Shown here piece after piece: positions 50,804 to 63,587 of a stretch of 64,000 nucleotides of DNA. The notes below the pieces were generated by a model that was not told the origin of the DNA, did no database searches, and worked only from the letters and a program-made list of their open reading frames with translations. The first letter of the stretch is position 1, and the number at the start of each line of letters is the position of its first letter. Position numbers and translations under genes: made by a program. The stretch comes from Podarcis vaucheri (lineage: Eukaryota): the NCBI GenBank assembly GCA_965113315.1, contig OZ220372.1; one strand, 5' to 3'.

Positions 50804-51647
50804 TATATTAGTTAAGAAATTAAATATATTTATACAATAGTTGCTTTGGTTTAAATTCCGTAGTCTCCTTCCTTTGTGTGAGTGCAGGCTTTTTGGTCAG
50901 TAGCATGGAGTTCCCTCAGAATATATTTGGCTTGGGCTAATGGTATTACTGTAGTTTAATTCTTCCTTGATTCTCAAGCATTTGGATCTTCCTATTCAAC
51001 CTTCAAGTTCTAGCATGTATAATTGTGTTGAAGAATCTTAGATGTGTTTGGGAAATAGTCTCTCAAAAAAACCTGCTGTGATTCCATTAAAGGAGAAAAA
51101 AACAGAAAGTGTGTTGTGTTTTGGATCTACAAACTTTGACAGTGTATTTTTACAATGCATACTTTTAGTAAAAGTTGTATGTGTGTTTTTAATATTTCAT
51201 TCTTTGTTTTTTTTCTTTGGCCAGCATTTGAATAAATTACTCAGGTGCTACAAGACTCTTCCTTGTTTCAGATACTGTAGTTTCTGTTGCTATCCAATTC
51301 TTTTAAAACTTACCAAGGAAAACTTGAGTATACCCATCCTCTATATTTCGTGACCGTGGTGCGTTTTTCCTCCTCCCTTCGCATAATATTGCTAGCCTTT
51401 GTGTGTAGAAGTTATTACCATGAGTTTCAAAAGCTTCGCGGTTTTAAAGCTCTTTTCACCTCCTCTTAGTTTAGTTGTATTCTGTTGGCGGACATTGTTG
51501 GTTCCCTTTTATTTTGAAGAGGTTCACACAGTTTAGATGTAGCATGATATCCAGCATTATCAAACACAAGTATATATCTGAAGTCTTGTGCAAGATAATG
51601 ATTAACCTATTTTCCACTCTTTGGCTTCTCATACGATACTCCTTCAG

Positions 51648-51767
51648 CCAGAGGAGCTCACGCTGCTGCTTATAAAGCTGAGAAGGCAGCAAGCCGAACT
51701 GAGTAGTATCCGGGAACACACATTAGCACAACTCATGCAACTAAAACTTGAGGCCAGCAGCCCAAAG
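51648..51767 (+). CDS. PLEKHA5: PLEKHA5 cassette exon, long isoform (PEELTLLLIKLRRQQAELSSIREHTLAQLMQLKLEASSPK)
   Basis: ccttcag| ... |gtcagc; 120 bp, phase 0-0; matches recalled long-isoform insert. Confidence 0.93.
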
Positions 51768-52552
51768 GTCAGCTATGAAGTGATGTTTGTCATGTGCCAT
51801 CTTCACTTATTCTTAGCCATTCATTAATCCAAGCTTGCATTGTACCATTGGTGCCAATCTCCTCTAATGTAGCTTTTTAGAGCGTCATTGTTTTCCTGGC
51901 ATCTGTGGTGGTCTGCTATTAACCCTTTGAGTTCTAGTGTGGATGTTGAATACATTGCAACAACAAAAAATAGGAATGCGTTCAAATACATTTCACTTTA
52001 ATTGAGTCTGAAATTTTGCAAGTTACGCAGATTACACACAAATATGAAGCCCAAGTAGGTAAGGGTGGTGATAAATATGATCTACCATAACCATTTCGTT
52101 TTGTTTTCTCATCTTTGAAATGATTTATAATAAGCATTTAGAAGCAGAAAATGCACACAAATGTATCAAAGGGTTTATAGTTGTCTGTGTAAATTCAACA
52201 TGACCATGGTGGTTTTTCTTAATTTTGTTTTAATGTCAAGAAGTTGTTTGTGCGGCTAATATTACTAAATCTGCAATTGCAAACTAATGCTTTATTACTT
52301 TTCAAAAGCAGATGTTTGGTTATAATTTTGCTTCCTTCTGTCATTGGAGTATTGATTGGCTTTTCAAAATATGCTAATGCAAATTCTAGGAAGACCCAGA
52401 ATTCAATGTAATTCTCGCTTGGATTAATATGACAATATAATCTAAAGGTTGAAATTAGAATTTGTAGTTCTCTTTCTTTTCTGACTGACCTTTTCCACAT
52501 CTTCATATCTGTCCTTTTCTTCTCTCCTTCCTCTTTGAATGCTGCTTGCTAG

Positions 52553-52606
52553 AATGAGATTCTTTCTCATCACCTTCAAAGGAATGCCATATATTTGGAT
52601 CATCAG
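52553..52606 (+). CDS. PLEKHA5: PLEKHA5 cassette exon (NEILSHHLQRNAIYLDHQ)
   Basis: Long pyrimidine tract, gctag| ... |gtggga; 54 bp, phase 0-0; too short for the ORF track. Confidence 0.9.
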
Positions 52607-53942
52607 GTGGGATTCATAGCTTATTCTTGTATATATCTGATGTTGACACTATTTTTTATCATTTAAACTTTTAAATGGTACTGTCTCATTTAAAATTGTC
52701 TCAGGGCAGATGGTGAAAATGTTTCTCCAAGTGCAGATAGCACAATTTATATGCTAAGGTCATTGTTCTGTGCCATTCATACTCTTTCTCCTAATGCTGC
52801 AGCTTGTCTGCTAAAATAAAATGGGGTCCAATATTTGAATGGGTTCAGTTATTTACACGACATTGTTAATGTGAAGTGCAAAATGAATATTTTAAAAATA
52901 ATCCTAAAAATATAGTGTTTATCACAATAGCTATACCTGGCTTTTGTCTGCCTCATCTCTGCAGTCAAAGTCTAAATATATACAAACAGTTAATGTAATG
53001 AACAAGGATATACTTCCGTCATAGCCATCTTTTTTGGGTGTCAGGAGGAGGAGGAATACTTCAAGAAACCTTTGCACAGAACTTGAAAACTGCATATCTG
53101 CCCATTATTTTGTGCGCCTGCTGAGTTGTTGGCACAGGAATTCGGAGTTCTTTAGATTTTCTCAGTTCCCTTTATCTGCATCCTGAAATGAGAGCATGTA
53201 TTCACTTGACACACCACTAATAATGCAGCGCATTTACAACTCAGTCCATGGCAGCTGTGCTGAGGATGAAGTGCTTCCCATCAAGCAGTAGCACAAAGTG
53301 GGGTGCATCATCCACTTGTGCTGGCACATGGCACCATTTCCTGTTTTTATGAGCTGCTGCCAACACCCAATCTCTTCCTTTTTAATTTTATTTTTTGATC
53401 TAGACATAATTGGTTGGTCTTTGACTGATTCTCTGTTTTATACCACTCTCATATGCAGAAGGATAAAATTGTATTTGATAAGGAATCCTATTTTCTTTTA
53501 CTACATGACTAGGGATTAGGAGAGAGTGGACCCTGGGTTTAATCATACATTCTGATAGGAAATTCAGAAGTATCCCTGAGTTCATTTTAACCAGGTTACA
53601 ATAGTCATGTTTAATGATAAATCACAAACTGATTCTATCTGCCCGCCACTTGGACTTGTTATCTAGCTGATACTGCTGAATCAGAGTTAAATGTACAGTT
53701 GATGTGTAATTTAATATAAAAGCAAAATCTGAGATGCTGGATTTGTATTCATCTTTGGGCAGACTGAAATATTCAAGCATGACAGTGCATAGATTTATAT
53801 TCAGTTCTGTCTCTGACTCTAAGTGCAGTTCTGAGCCAAAAAAGGTGACATTTCTGGGCCCTTGAATATTTGATCATGGAAGATTTTAGTACCGCCTATG
53901 GATATTCTTACAAAGGGCATTGTTTTTCATTCTGCTAGTGTA

Positions 53943-54282
53943 CAGTGGTGCCCCACAAGACGAATGCCTCGCAAGACGGAAAACCCGCTAGACGAAAGGG
54001 TTTTCTGTTTTGGAGGCGCTTCACAAAACGAATTTCCTATGGGCTTGCTTCGCAAGACGAAAATGTCTTGCGAGTTCCTGCGGGGGTTTTTTCCTCCCCC
54101 CCCCTTTTCCCCAAGCTGCTAAGCTGCTTATCAGCTGATCCTAAGCCGCTTAACAGCTGATCCGCTAAGCCGCTTATCAGCTGATCCGCTAAGCCGCTAA
54201 TGGGCTTGCTTCGCAAGACGAAAAAACCGCAAGACGAAGAGACTCGCGGAACGGATTCTTTTCATCTTGCGAGGCACCACTG
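53943..54282. mobile_element. MITE, same family as 6623-6948, 340 bp
   Basis: TA-cagtggtgccccacaagacgaa ... tcttgcgaggcaccactg-TA; alignable along its length with the 6623 copy. Confidence 0.93.
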
Positions 54283-56009
54283 TAGCAGCTTATGACCATC
54301 AGCAGTACTTATAGACTAAATTTATTAGAAAATGCTAATCTAGCCTATGCTTGGGATAGTTAAATTGTAGTGAACCAGGCAAACTGTTTAACTACAATTT
54401 AACCTCCAGAGGCTATTTGTTTGCAGGAGAATTCTCAGCATATGGAATTCTCAAGAATCAAAAGCTCTCCTATTCAATACAGTCCTGTTCAGAAGTTTAT
54501 AATCTAGTGTTGCCTGTAAGATGCTTAACACCGTGCTTTTAAGCAGTATCCCATCATTTCTATAGGATGTGGACTCTGTCTATAATGATTAAAAAAGCAA
54601 CCCTTGAGTCGCATTCCTTACACGCAGATGGAAAATGGAAATAACTGCTGGTCTGCCATTCTATCCTTCCCCAAGCCCTTGAGATATTTTGGACTTCAAC
54701 TTGGCCAACGGGGAGGGATATTGGGAGTTGTGATCCAAAACATCTGGAGTGCAGTTAGGTTGGGGAAATATACACTGTGCTGTAGATGAGTCCACAGCAA
54801 AGTCTAATCACATCATAAAATGTGGACCTCCACTGTAGTCCTCACACTATTTCCACTCTGGTCCCTATCATCTTGTGCCACATATTGAGTGTCAGGTTTT
54901 ATGTTTGCCATGTGACCTGCATGAGAAACCACCTCCCTAAATAGGCAGGTGAGCAGGTTCTTTGTTAAGGGCCACCCACAAACTGCTTAAGACAGTACTG
55001 TATGTATGATATAACCTGTGTATTTCCTTGATAAAATGTATATACACCCTTTTAGTTGAACTGAAGCCTTTAAAGGCTTAGTTCTCCAAGCATTTCATTT
55101 AAATGGGACTTAACAAGTTCTACTGAAATGAAAAGTAGATGTTCAGAAACTCTGCTTCTCTTGAAAATTATTATACTGTAAAAGATAGGTATTAGAAGTT
55201 GGTAAATATAGTTGCTGTATGTTATCAATGTTATGGTGTTATATTGCAGATCATAAAGTATTTCAAAATAAAACATTGACAAATGAGTACTCACTGTCTA
55301 GGAAGGCTTACATTATTGCAGTTCACACTGTGAAAAGTTGTAACAAGCACAATTGTTTGTGACTGCCTCGGTCTACAACTTGGACTAAGATTTGGCTTGT
55401 TCGCTATTCATCTGTTTACATGTTGTGCCATAGCTTTGGACTGACCCAACACAGGTGTTCAGGAAAATAATAATATACATGGGTCAAGGTTACTACTCTC
55501 CATAAAATGATTATCAAGTTGAGAAAAATCTGGACTAAACTCAACCTTCTTCCCAGTATCCAGTCCCCATGTTGACAGCGAGGATTTGCCCCAGAAACTT
55601 CCCTTTTGCCCAGAGTTAATGGTGTGCAACTATCCCTAAGATAGTTAATGTGTTATTTATGCTGTAAATCTGATAATGTGTGTGGGTGGTTTATTTAATG
55701 AGGCTAGCCCTTTGTCCATCATATCCATTTGTTAAAGATGATTGAACATTTTCAGCTTGAGTTATTTAGAGAAACGTCTGAAATGCTTATTGGTAATAAT
55801 TACTTTAAACTTAATATGGGTTGTAGGTACTCTAGTTTGGCCATAGCAGGCTTTTCAAATGTACATCTTTGCTTAAACATGAGAGGAAATATGAACTGCT
55901 GCACTAACAGAAAATAATTAAAGTAGAGGCTATATTTACAGTGTCGTCTTTCAAATCTAGCCGTGCTGTAAACTGATGTTTGCTGTATGCTCCTCCTGAT
56001 TTGAAATAG

Positions 56010-56090
56010 ATGAAAGAGAATGAACCTTTAATCATCATGGTTCACACTATGATTGAGAACTCGGCGCTAAGACCACAACTGTACCATCAA
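56010..56090 (+). CDS. PLEKHA5: PLEKHA5 cassette exon (MKENEPLIIMVHTMIENSALRPQLYHQ)
   Basis: aaatag| ... |gtaagg; 81 bp, phase 0-0; matches recalled long-isoform peptide MKENEPIITMVHTMIENSALRPQLYQQ. Confidence 0.9.
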
Positions 56091-58650
56091 GTAAGGTCTT
56101 GGATAGTGAATGAAATTGCTTTTTATCATTGCAAATTTTTCCTCAGTGACAGTTTTTGGTTGTCCCCTCCAGTTTACCCATAACATTGGTGTTCCTCCTA
56201 TTTGTTTTGGAAAACCACAAGTCATCTGTGTTTTATAAAATGCTGCAATATTGTTAGCATGGCTTTGCTGAACGTACTTGTCAATGAGTATTGAGTGTAT
56301 CCCTTTGGATAACTTTCTCTGTTTCAGAATATTTGGCAAATTGCTGTTTTTTGTAGGTTAATTCAGTAAATTCATAAAATTGCCAACAAGCTTCCAACAT
56401 TTGTCATAGCATGGATCTATGCGATTCATTTTCTTTTGTTTATTTCTTTTTCCGTTGAAGGAACGACTTCATTTTGGTTTAACACTAAAGCATGACAGCA
56501 ATGTTTACCTTGTCATTTCTGGCAGCTTCTCATTTTAGGAATGAATTTACTAATTGTTGTAGGTTCCTGGACAGCTGCTTTGTTTTGCCCTTGGGAGTTA
56601 AAAAGGATCAAAATAATTTTGATCTGGGGGCTATAGCTCTTAAGGGCAGTGTGTTCAGAAAGTCACAGCAAACAAAGTCAGTATCAAGTCATGATAAAAT
56701 ATTTGGAGGGGAAATGTGCTGAATGGAAATATAACATCAACTTGTCCGTTAGAAATCAATTTGTGGAAGAATTTTATCCTAAACGTCATATGGCTGTCAA
56801 CAGGTTTTTCACCACGTACCAAATAAAATGTTTGGCATTATGTTGTTTTTCCGAGTAATGGCATTATTTTTTTCAGCCTATGAACTCAGAGGCTCTCTAG
56901 CTTCTAGTCCAAAGTTAGCCCTAGTTTGAGCTTTGACCAGTGCATAAGGTTGCTGCTGCCTTTCCCGGGGAGGGCATTCCTTTTCCTTTAATCACAGCTT
57001 GAACTGAGAACTTGGGAAGATGCAGCTTCTGTCACTGCAGCTATGATGGGAGAACCTGCATCTGTCAAATGTCTGCCGAATAAGCAGCTGATAAAAGACA
57101 CAGTCTCCCTCTTGGGGCAAGACTTGGTAACCTTGCCAACGTAGGCAAAAAAATTGTGCCACTTCAGAGAACAGTGTGGCATCTGCTGTGAGTAGAAATT
57201 GTGTAATGAAATGCTTTTTGTGCCACTACAATCTTGCTCAAACATGTGCTTTGTTAACTTTTAAGTTAACATGCTTTCTCCCCTGCTTCCATCTGTGAAT
57301 TATTACATAAGTTAGGGGGGGGGGACAGCATGCAGTATTACTGAAAATGAAGGGTGAACGCTGGCTTCGTTATCTGCTACTTGGCTGAGACTCACTAGCC
57401 AAATTGGTATTCAGATTTATCTGCCAAATTGAAACTAGCGTCTCTAAGGAAAGTTCTGCAGCTTGGAATGAAAAAAGAAATGAGGTGCCCTTGAAGTGCA
57501 GAGTTGTTATCAATTTTTTAGCTACCTAATTATTTGGTTTTGCTTTTCATTAGGTTGGAAGGACTAGAATTGGTTCATCATTTTACACTGAGTTAGCACC
57601 ATACTTGATAGTTTGACTCTGGAAGGTCTTGAAGGCTGAACTGCCTGATCATTCAAGGATGCATGGTACCTAGAGAAAGCCTTTGAGGCCTAATGGAATT
57701 GAGAGCACAGGTGGGAAGTGTTGTTTTCACAGCTTTTAATCTTGCGTTTATTTAAAAAAAAACAGCTTGAAGAAATAGTCTTCCAACATGTCATGTTCAT
57801 TAATATCAAATATATAATTAGGGATATGCAGATGGCGGCTTGGAGAAGCTCATCCTGTACTGAATCACTGGCCTTAAATTCTGAAATGTTTCCATGGGAT
57901 TTAAAATAGCTGAACTATTTAATGAAAGATTTGCGATAGAAACGGGCATATTGGGTGGGTGGGTCTGTGTCAGAGCAGGTACTGCTTAAAATCCTTTTTC
58001 TGAGCAAATCCTTTGCATCTTTATCAACGTTTTCAATCCACATACAACTCCCTATTCACATGCCAGAGTTTTCTGTGGTGTCTTATAGAAACAATTCAAT
58101 GGATTTTCAAACATCTGTTCGTGAAGTTGCCAGTTCAGTTTACCTTTGCACATGGAGTTGGAATGGGTGGTTGTCATCTTGGCTTTGTCCCAGGCAACAA
58201 ACTGTGTTTAGCCAGTCCTAGCCTGATGTTCCCAGAGTTATACTTCCACAACTGCTTGGAAAGCCTGCGGAAATGGGGCTTGGTAGTGCTCTTTTCAGGG
58301 TTGGAGCCTACAGAGGACCAGCTCCATATGGATGATACTTTAAGCAGCAACCTTGAAAAATGCCTGTCAGCTTCCATCCTCATTAGAACTGTGAGTTGTG
58401 TAGTAGCTGCAAGTCTTACGTGTGCTGAGTCCACAAGCTCACAGAGGCTTTGTACTATTATTCGTCCTTCCCCAAGCTGCTAAAACAATTTTAAGGCCCT
58501 CAGGCTTTGTGCTTTGTGAGTTTTTAAGTCATAACGAGCCAAAGCTCCTGCACACATAGGGTAACTTTTTAAAAATAAGATTTCAGCAGCAGAATTCAGT
58601 ATGTATTATACATAGCTATCCGTAATAAATTTCACTTCTTCTTGAGTACC

Positions 58651-58672
58651 AGAGAGAGAGAGAGAGAGAGAG
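58651..58672. repeat. (AG)n microsatellite
   Basis: Directly visible. Confidence 0.95.
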
Positions 58673-58740
58673 AAATCTGTGATAAATGAAGAGAAACTTG
58701 AATTAAATTGTGAGGTCGTATAGGCAGTGCAGGTGCTGGG

Positions 58741-58755
58741 GCACTAGATGGCGCT
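58741..58755 (+). promoter_or_regulatory. Candidate CTCF binding site
   Basis: gcactagatggcgct closely matches core CCASYAGRKGGCRS; upstream tgcag module; motif only, no binding evidence. Confidence 0.55.
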
Positions 58756-58992
58756 GGGCCCTGAGTTAGTGCTCTGGTGTTCAGCCTGAGCAGTTAAGCA
58801 GAAACTGTTTTCTGATGAGCTTTTATTGTCATGTGATGTGAAACCTATTTTGGATTAAAGAGTGGGGAAATTGCCCCTGTCAACTTCGCTAAATGTCATG
58901 CCTCAATCATAATGGTGGCCTCTGGTGTGTGTTTTGAGAAACTTTTTGAGAAACCTTCAGTCACCCAAAGCCACTGCTATAGTTGGTGATGG

Positions 58993-59192
58993 NNNNNNNN
59001 NNNNNNNNNNNNNNNNNNNNNNNNNNNNNNNNNNNNNNNNNNNNNNNNNNNNNNNNNNNNNNNNNNNNNNNNNNNNNNNNNNNNNNNNNNNNNNNNNNNN
59101 NNNNNNNNNNNNNNNNNNNNNNNNNNNNNNNNNNNNNNNNNNNNNNNNNNNNNNNNNNNNNNNNNNNNNNNNNNNNNNNNNNNNNNNNNNNN
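58993..59192. other. Assembly gap (200 N)
   Basis: Run of exactly 200 N. Confidence 0.99.
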
Positions 59193-60322
59193 TAATACAC
59201 TTTAAAATGCATATGCTGAAATGTATGTCTATATATTTTGACCTGTGTCTTTATACTAGGCAATCTGAAATATAGAATTGGAAAGAGAACTTAATATGTC
59301 AACAATCTGTCTTCATGACTGCAGTGTGATTATTGTGTTAGCTGCGGTCCCATTTAGCCCCTTATAATATTGGGAGCAAGGAGGTGCAAACAATAACATT
59401 GGAGCCATATAGAGTAGAGCCACACTGGAAAACTCAGGTATCTAAAGTCCTTACTGGCACTTAGACATCTGAATGATTTTCCAGCCCATTGTAGAACCCC
59501 AACTGTCATCCTCTGCTATCTGAATTGATTGTTTCTCCTCCCATGTAGTCCCTCGTCAGTGTAACCTTGGTGTAAATCTTGCTTACCTTGACACATTTCT
59601 TTTAAAATTTGTCAAAATAGTGCGTTCCCCCTGCCCAGTTGTTTGTGTAAAGGAGTATGTAGTGTATAGCTGCTTGTGTTGTGTTAAAAGTCTTATTTAA
59701 CAGTAAAGCTGAGAGTGAAGTAATAAAACCTGCATGTCAAAGACAGTGCATTTACAGTTTTCATTCTGTTGTCTTCACAGATAATGTCCTTTTTTTGTAA
59801 ATCTCATGTAACTCTTCTTGAGTTTTTCGGAGACTAAGAAGTAAAAGAAAAGAAAACGTTCAGAATTCTCAACTGAGAATTTATTCACTGCCCTCTTAAC
59901 TGCATACCAAACCCTTGGTATAATTGAAACTGATTTATGCCCCCCCCAAATTTGTTTGTTGGTTCTTGCTTGCTTTGGCTATTATCTAAACTTTTTTGTT
60001 TTCTGACATTTTTCCTAAAGACTTTTTTGAAGATCACTAATGAATGGAATTCCAGACTTAGCTTTACCTTCATAGGTTACCTTCATAGCAAGAATAAATA
60101 GCTCTGATGTGCTTCCCCTTCTGACAATCCATATTTGGCATTCCATTATGAACTGAAATTTACATGGTGTGTGTTTGTGTTGATTAAATGCATTCAGGCA
60201 TATTACGTGCTTAACATTCAATATGAAGTAATGTATGCTTAATTAAATGTTAACTAGACTGCACACTGTTTTACATGAATTTTAGTGAATTTGTTTGATG
60301 GGAGTGTTCTTCCTTATTATAG

Positions 60323-60385
60323 CTGACACAAGATGAATGTAGGGGTACTCTGTACAAATACAGATCAGAAGACCTAGATATTGAT
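60323..60385 (+). CDS. PLEKHA5: PLEKHA5 coding exon (LTQDECRGTLYKYRSEDLDID)
   Basis: ttatag| ... |gtaagt; 63 bp, phase 0-0. Confidence 0.94.
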
Positions 60386-61409
60386 GTAAGTACTGTTGGC
60401 TTTATGTATGTTGCATTGGTGCGTTTTAAACAAACTGGTATGCTTGACTCATGTAAAAACAGTTCAAACTCAATATGACATTAGTCTGTCACATCTCCCT
60501 GACTTTCTGAAACAGAGTTGAGATGCGCTTTGACTAATCTGTGGTTGAAAGCCTGCAAAAAAAAAAATGTAGCTTTACCCACAGCCACCTTTGAGAGAAC
60601 AGAAACTTTTGAGCCTTACCTTTTTTCAAAAACAGGGTACAAGAGGAATAGCTTTTCTGAGACAAAATGTGATGTGACTGTATGGCCAAAGCCTTAAAAT
60701 GAACTCCCTCTTGTTTGTACAGAGTAGCTTGTGTTGCAAATGCATACAAAGTAGTCACTGTAGGACTTCGGCTTGTTGATCCGCAAACAGGGAATCAGTG
60801 TATAAGTTATCTTTCAGTTATTCCCAGGGCCCCTTGAAAATTCAGCAGCATTTCCCCCAATGAATAGGTCATCCTATCCCAGATATTCAAGAGCAGTATC
60901 ATATAATGTGTACAGTAAGCTGAACCTTTAATACACACAGTCTGTATTAAACAAAGCCCTACTCACTTGGCTTTACCAAAAAGACATCCCTCTCTTCATA
61001 AATCAGATATTGTACCAGGTTTTTGCAAACACCAGGTTTACTATTTGTCCTAAGTTGGACATGTGTAGTGGGTATTCAGTTCCCTATCTGCAGGAGCTGC
61101 CCCTTTTTAGAAAATGTATCAGAGATTCCCCATGCTGTGTATGGAACGTTCCCTGACTTAGTGAATGGGACAGGTAGATCACCAGGTGCATAATGGCTCC
61201 TACTGACTCAGGGTAATAATAAATAAATAGTAAATAAAACAGAACACTCCACTGTGGTTCAAACCTAGCTTGGTGTGTAATTTAGGGTCATGCCTGTGGT
61301 AATCTGCATTTAGATATTCCAGGCTCCCCCAATGTGTATGCGATTTTTAAAATAAAAAGCGCAAAACAACCAGTGGCATTAATTATTACCATCTTCACTT
61401 CCACACTAG

Positions 61410-61490
61410 ACTAAGCTTAGCCGATTATGCGAGCAAGACAAAGTGGTTCAAGCCCTGGAAGAAAAGCTTCAGCAGCTGCACAAGGAAAAA
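61410..61490 (+). CDS. PLEKHA5: PLEKHA5 coding exon (TKLSRLCEQDKVVQALEEKLQQLHKEK; coiled coil)
   Basis: cactag| ... |gtagga; 81 bp, phase 0-0. Confidence 0.95.
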
Positions 61491-61624
61491 GTAGGACAAT
61501 TATATTTATTACCCAAAATGGATGTTATTTTCCATGCTTTATTATCAGAACACTGATAAGTGAAGTAAAAAGAAAATTAGTTCAATGATGTGGAACATTA
61601 AAATTATTCTTTTTATTACCATAG

Positions 61625-61774
61625 TATACGCTTGAGCAGGCTTTGCTATCAGCCAGTCAGGAGATAGAAATGAATGCGGAAAATCCAGCTGCCATACAAA
61701 ATGTCATCTTGCAGAGGGATGATTTACAGAATGGACTCCTTAGCACTTGTCGAGAAGTGTCTCGAGCTACCGCA
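61625..61774 (+). CDS. PLEKHA5: PLEKHA5 coding exon (YTLEQALLSASQEIEMNAENPAAIQNVILQRDDLQNGLLSTCREVSRATA)
   Basis: ccatag| ... |gtaagt; 150 bp, phase 0-0. Confidence 0.96.
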
Positions 61775-62210
61775 GTAAGTAATGCAATTTTTCTTCAGCT
61801 AGTAAAGCTCAGTGGTGTGTTAACAGGTGGCTTTCTTCGTGTAGGCATTTTTTTAAATAAAGAAAATGACTAGATATAGGTTTGTTCTTTATTACACTCT
61901 AGCAAACATTAATTTGCCTTGAATTCACCACTCCTTGTGTGGGCATGGAAATAGGGGCAGGGGGCTCCTTTTGCTACAATGGAACAACAGAATCCATTTA
62001 TTTTGGAAAGTGATCCAGAGTTGCAGAGATGTGTATCAGCTGTTCAACTTTTAGGGCACCACCCACCCACAGTTTCTGGCAACCCAACCCGTCTGAATGT
62101 AGTAAAACCATTTATTTTTCTTCATCATGCATTCTCCCAAATTTATATTTTTTGGATTTACCCATGAAGCAAAACTAACATGCGTACATTTTTAATGTGT
62201 CTGTATTTAG

Positions 62211-62312
62211 GAGCTTGAGAGAGCTTGGCGGGAATATGACAAACTAGAGTATGATGTAACAGTCACAAAGAACCACATGCAGGAGCAGCTGGAGCGGCTG
62301 GGAGAAGTTCAG
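62211..62312 (+). CDS. PLEKHA5: PLEKHA5 coding exon (ELERAWREYDKLEYDVTVTKNHMQEQLERLGEVQ)
   Basis: atttag| ... |gtgcga; 102 bp, phase 0-0. Confidence 0.96.
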
Positions 62313-63265
62313 GTGCGACCAATGCCTAAACTTTGTATCATATCCATACATGCCAGAAATAATACCAAAATGTATGCAATACTATTAGAATGTACTTCTG
62401 GATGTGATGTGCAAAGATGAAGGAGTTCACCCACATTTGTTAAAGGATCTGAAATGCATAATGGCGTAGAACATATTATATGCCTACCTGCTTCTTCAGT
62501 CTTCAGAACAGTACGTTTTGTTATGGTCGTAGGCCTTATGCACATGAGTTTCTACTGGAGATGTATGTTCTTGTGTCCCAAGAAAGATACTAGTATAATG
62601 ATGTGGTGGGGGAAATTCCCAAAGCATTGTAATGTCATTCTGCCAGTTGACAATCCAATCCAATCCAATAAGATTTTTGCCCCATGAGAGGTTGCAATGC
62701 AGTGAGTGGGAATGAAAGGACAAAATCTCAATGAAATATGTGGTGCAGTCAAAATTTGGGTCAGAGGTTCAGTCTCTCCTAGTTTTCCCTTCATTTCCAC
62801 CCAAGCACGTCTGCCTGAATTTGGTTACAAAATAAAAAGAAACATTTTGGAAAATACAGCTGAAACATAATGTGCAAGCATGTGCATAATGTTCCCTCAT
62901 TTTGCCTCTAGAACATCTTAGAGAGTCCTCAGTACTGCAGTTAAAATAAATAATATAAAATGTGTAATGTGAATGGATTCTACTGCCTTTATTCTCCACA
63001 TCCCGCACCGCCCCCAAGCTCCAGGAACAGGTCACGGGGTAGATGAAAGCTGACATCCCCAAATGCCCCATGTGGGTAGCAGTTGACAGCCTTGGATAAC
63101 TTGTTGCCTTGGGAGAGGCCTGCAAGTGGCTTTTGTTTCAATCTAAGAAAAGGGCATTGTATCCAGAACGAAAAAAGTGTGTGTGATAAAATACAATGAA
63201 TCCGTCAATGCTTTTTATAAAAAGTGGAGGCAGACAATCTCAATTTTAACATTTCTCTCTGGCAG

Positions 63266-63380
63266 ACTGAGTCAGCCGGTATACAACGTGCTCAAATTCA
63301 GAAGGAGCTTTGGCGAATTCAGGATGTCATGGAAGGTTTGAGTAAACATAAACAGCAAAGAAACAGCACTGCAGAGGCAG
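63266..63380 (+). CDS. PLEKHA5: PLEKHA5 coding exon (TESAGIQRAQIQKELWRIQDVMEGLSKHKQQRNSTAEA)
   Basis: tggcag| ... |gtaaat; 115 bp, phase 0-1. Confidence 0.96.
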
Positions 63381-63543
63381 GTAAATTGGCATGTCAGCCT
63401 CTTAGAAGCTGTTATATACCCTCTTGATTGAATACAGTTTCATTTCAGTGATTGAAAAGGAAATATTTAAGCTGTTGATCACTACCAAGGATTTAATTCA
63501 TTACTCATTATAAAAATAAATGTTCTTCTTTCTTTTTAAATAG

Positions 63544-63587
63544 ATATCACTGCAACAAAGGCTTTCTCATCTAAATATAAAAATGAG
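63544..63587 (+). CDS. PLEKHA5: PLEKHA5 coding exon (DITATKAFSSKYKNE)
   Basis: aaatag| ... |gtatgt; 44 bp, phase 1-0; ends in conserved KYKNE. Confidence 0.88.

Noticed and set aside
58925-59275. ORFs spanning the N run
   Set aside because: Artefacts of translating the assembly gap
59781-60075. Candidate extra exons at 59781-59796 and 60021-60075
   Set aside because: Lengths of 16 and 55 nt break the phase 0-0 frame, and peptides do not convincingly match PLEKHA5
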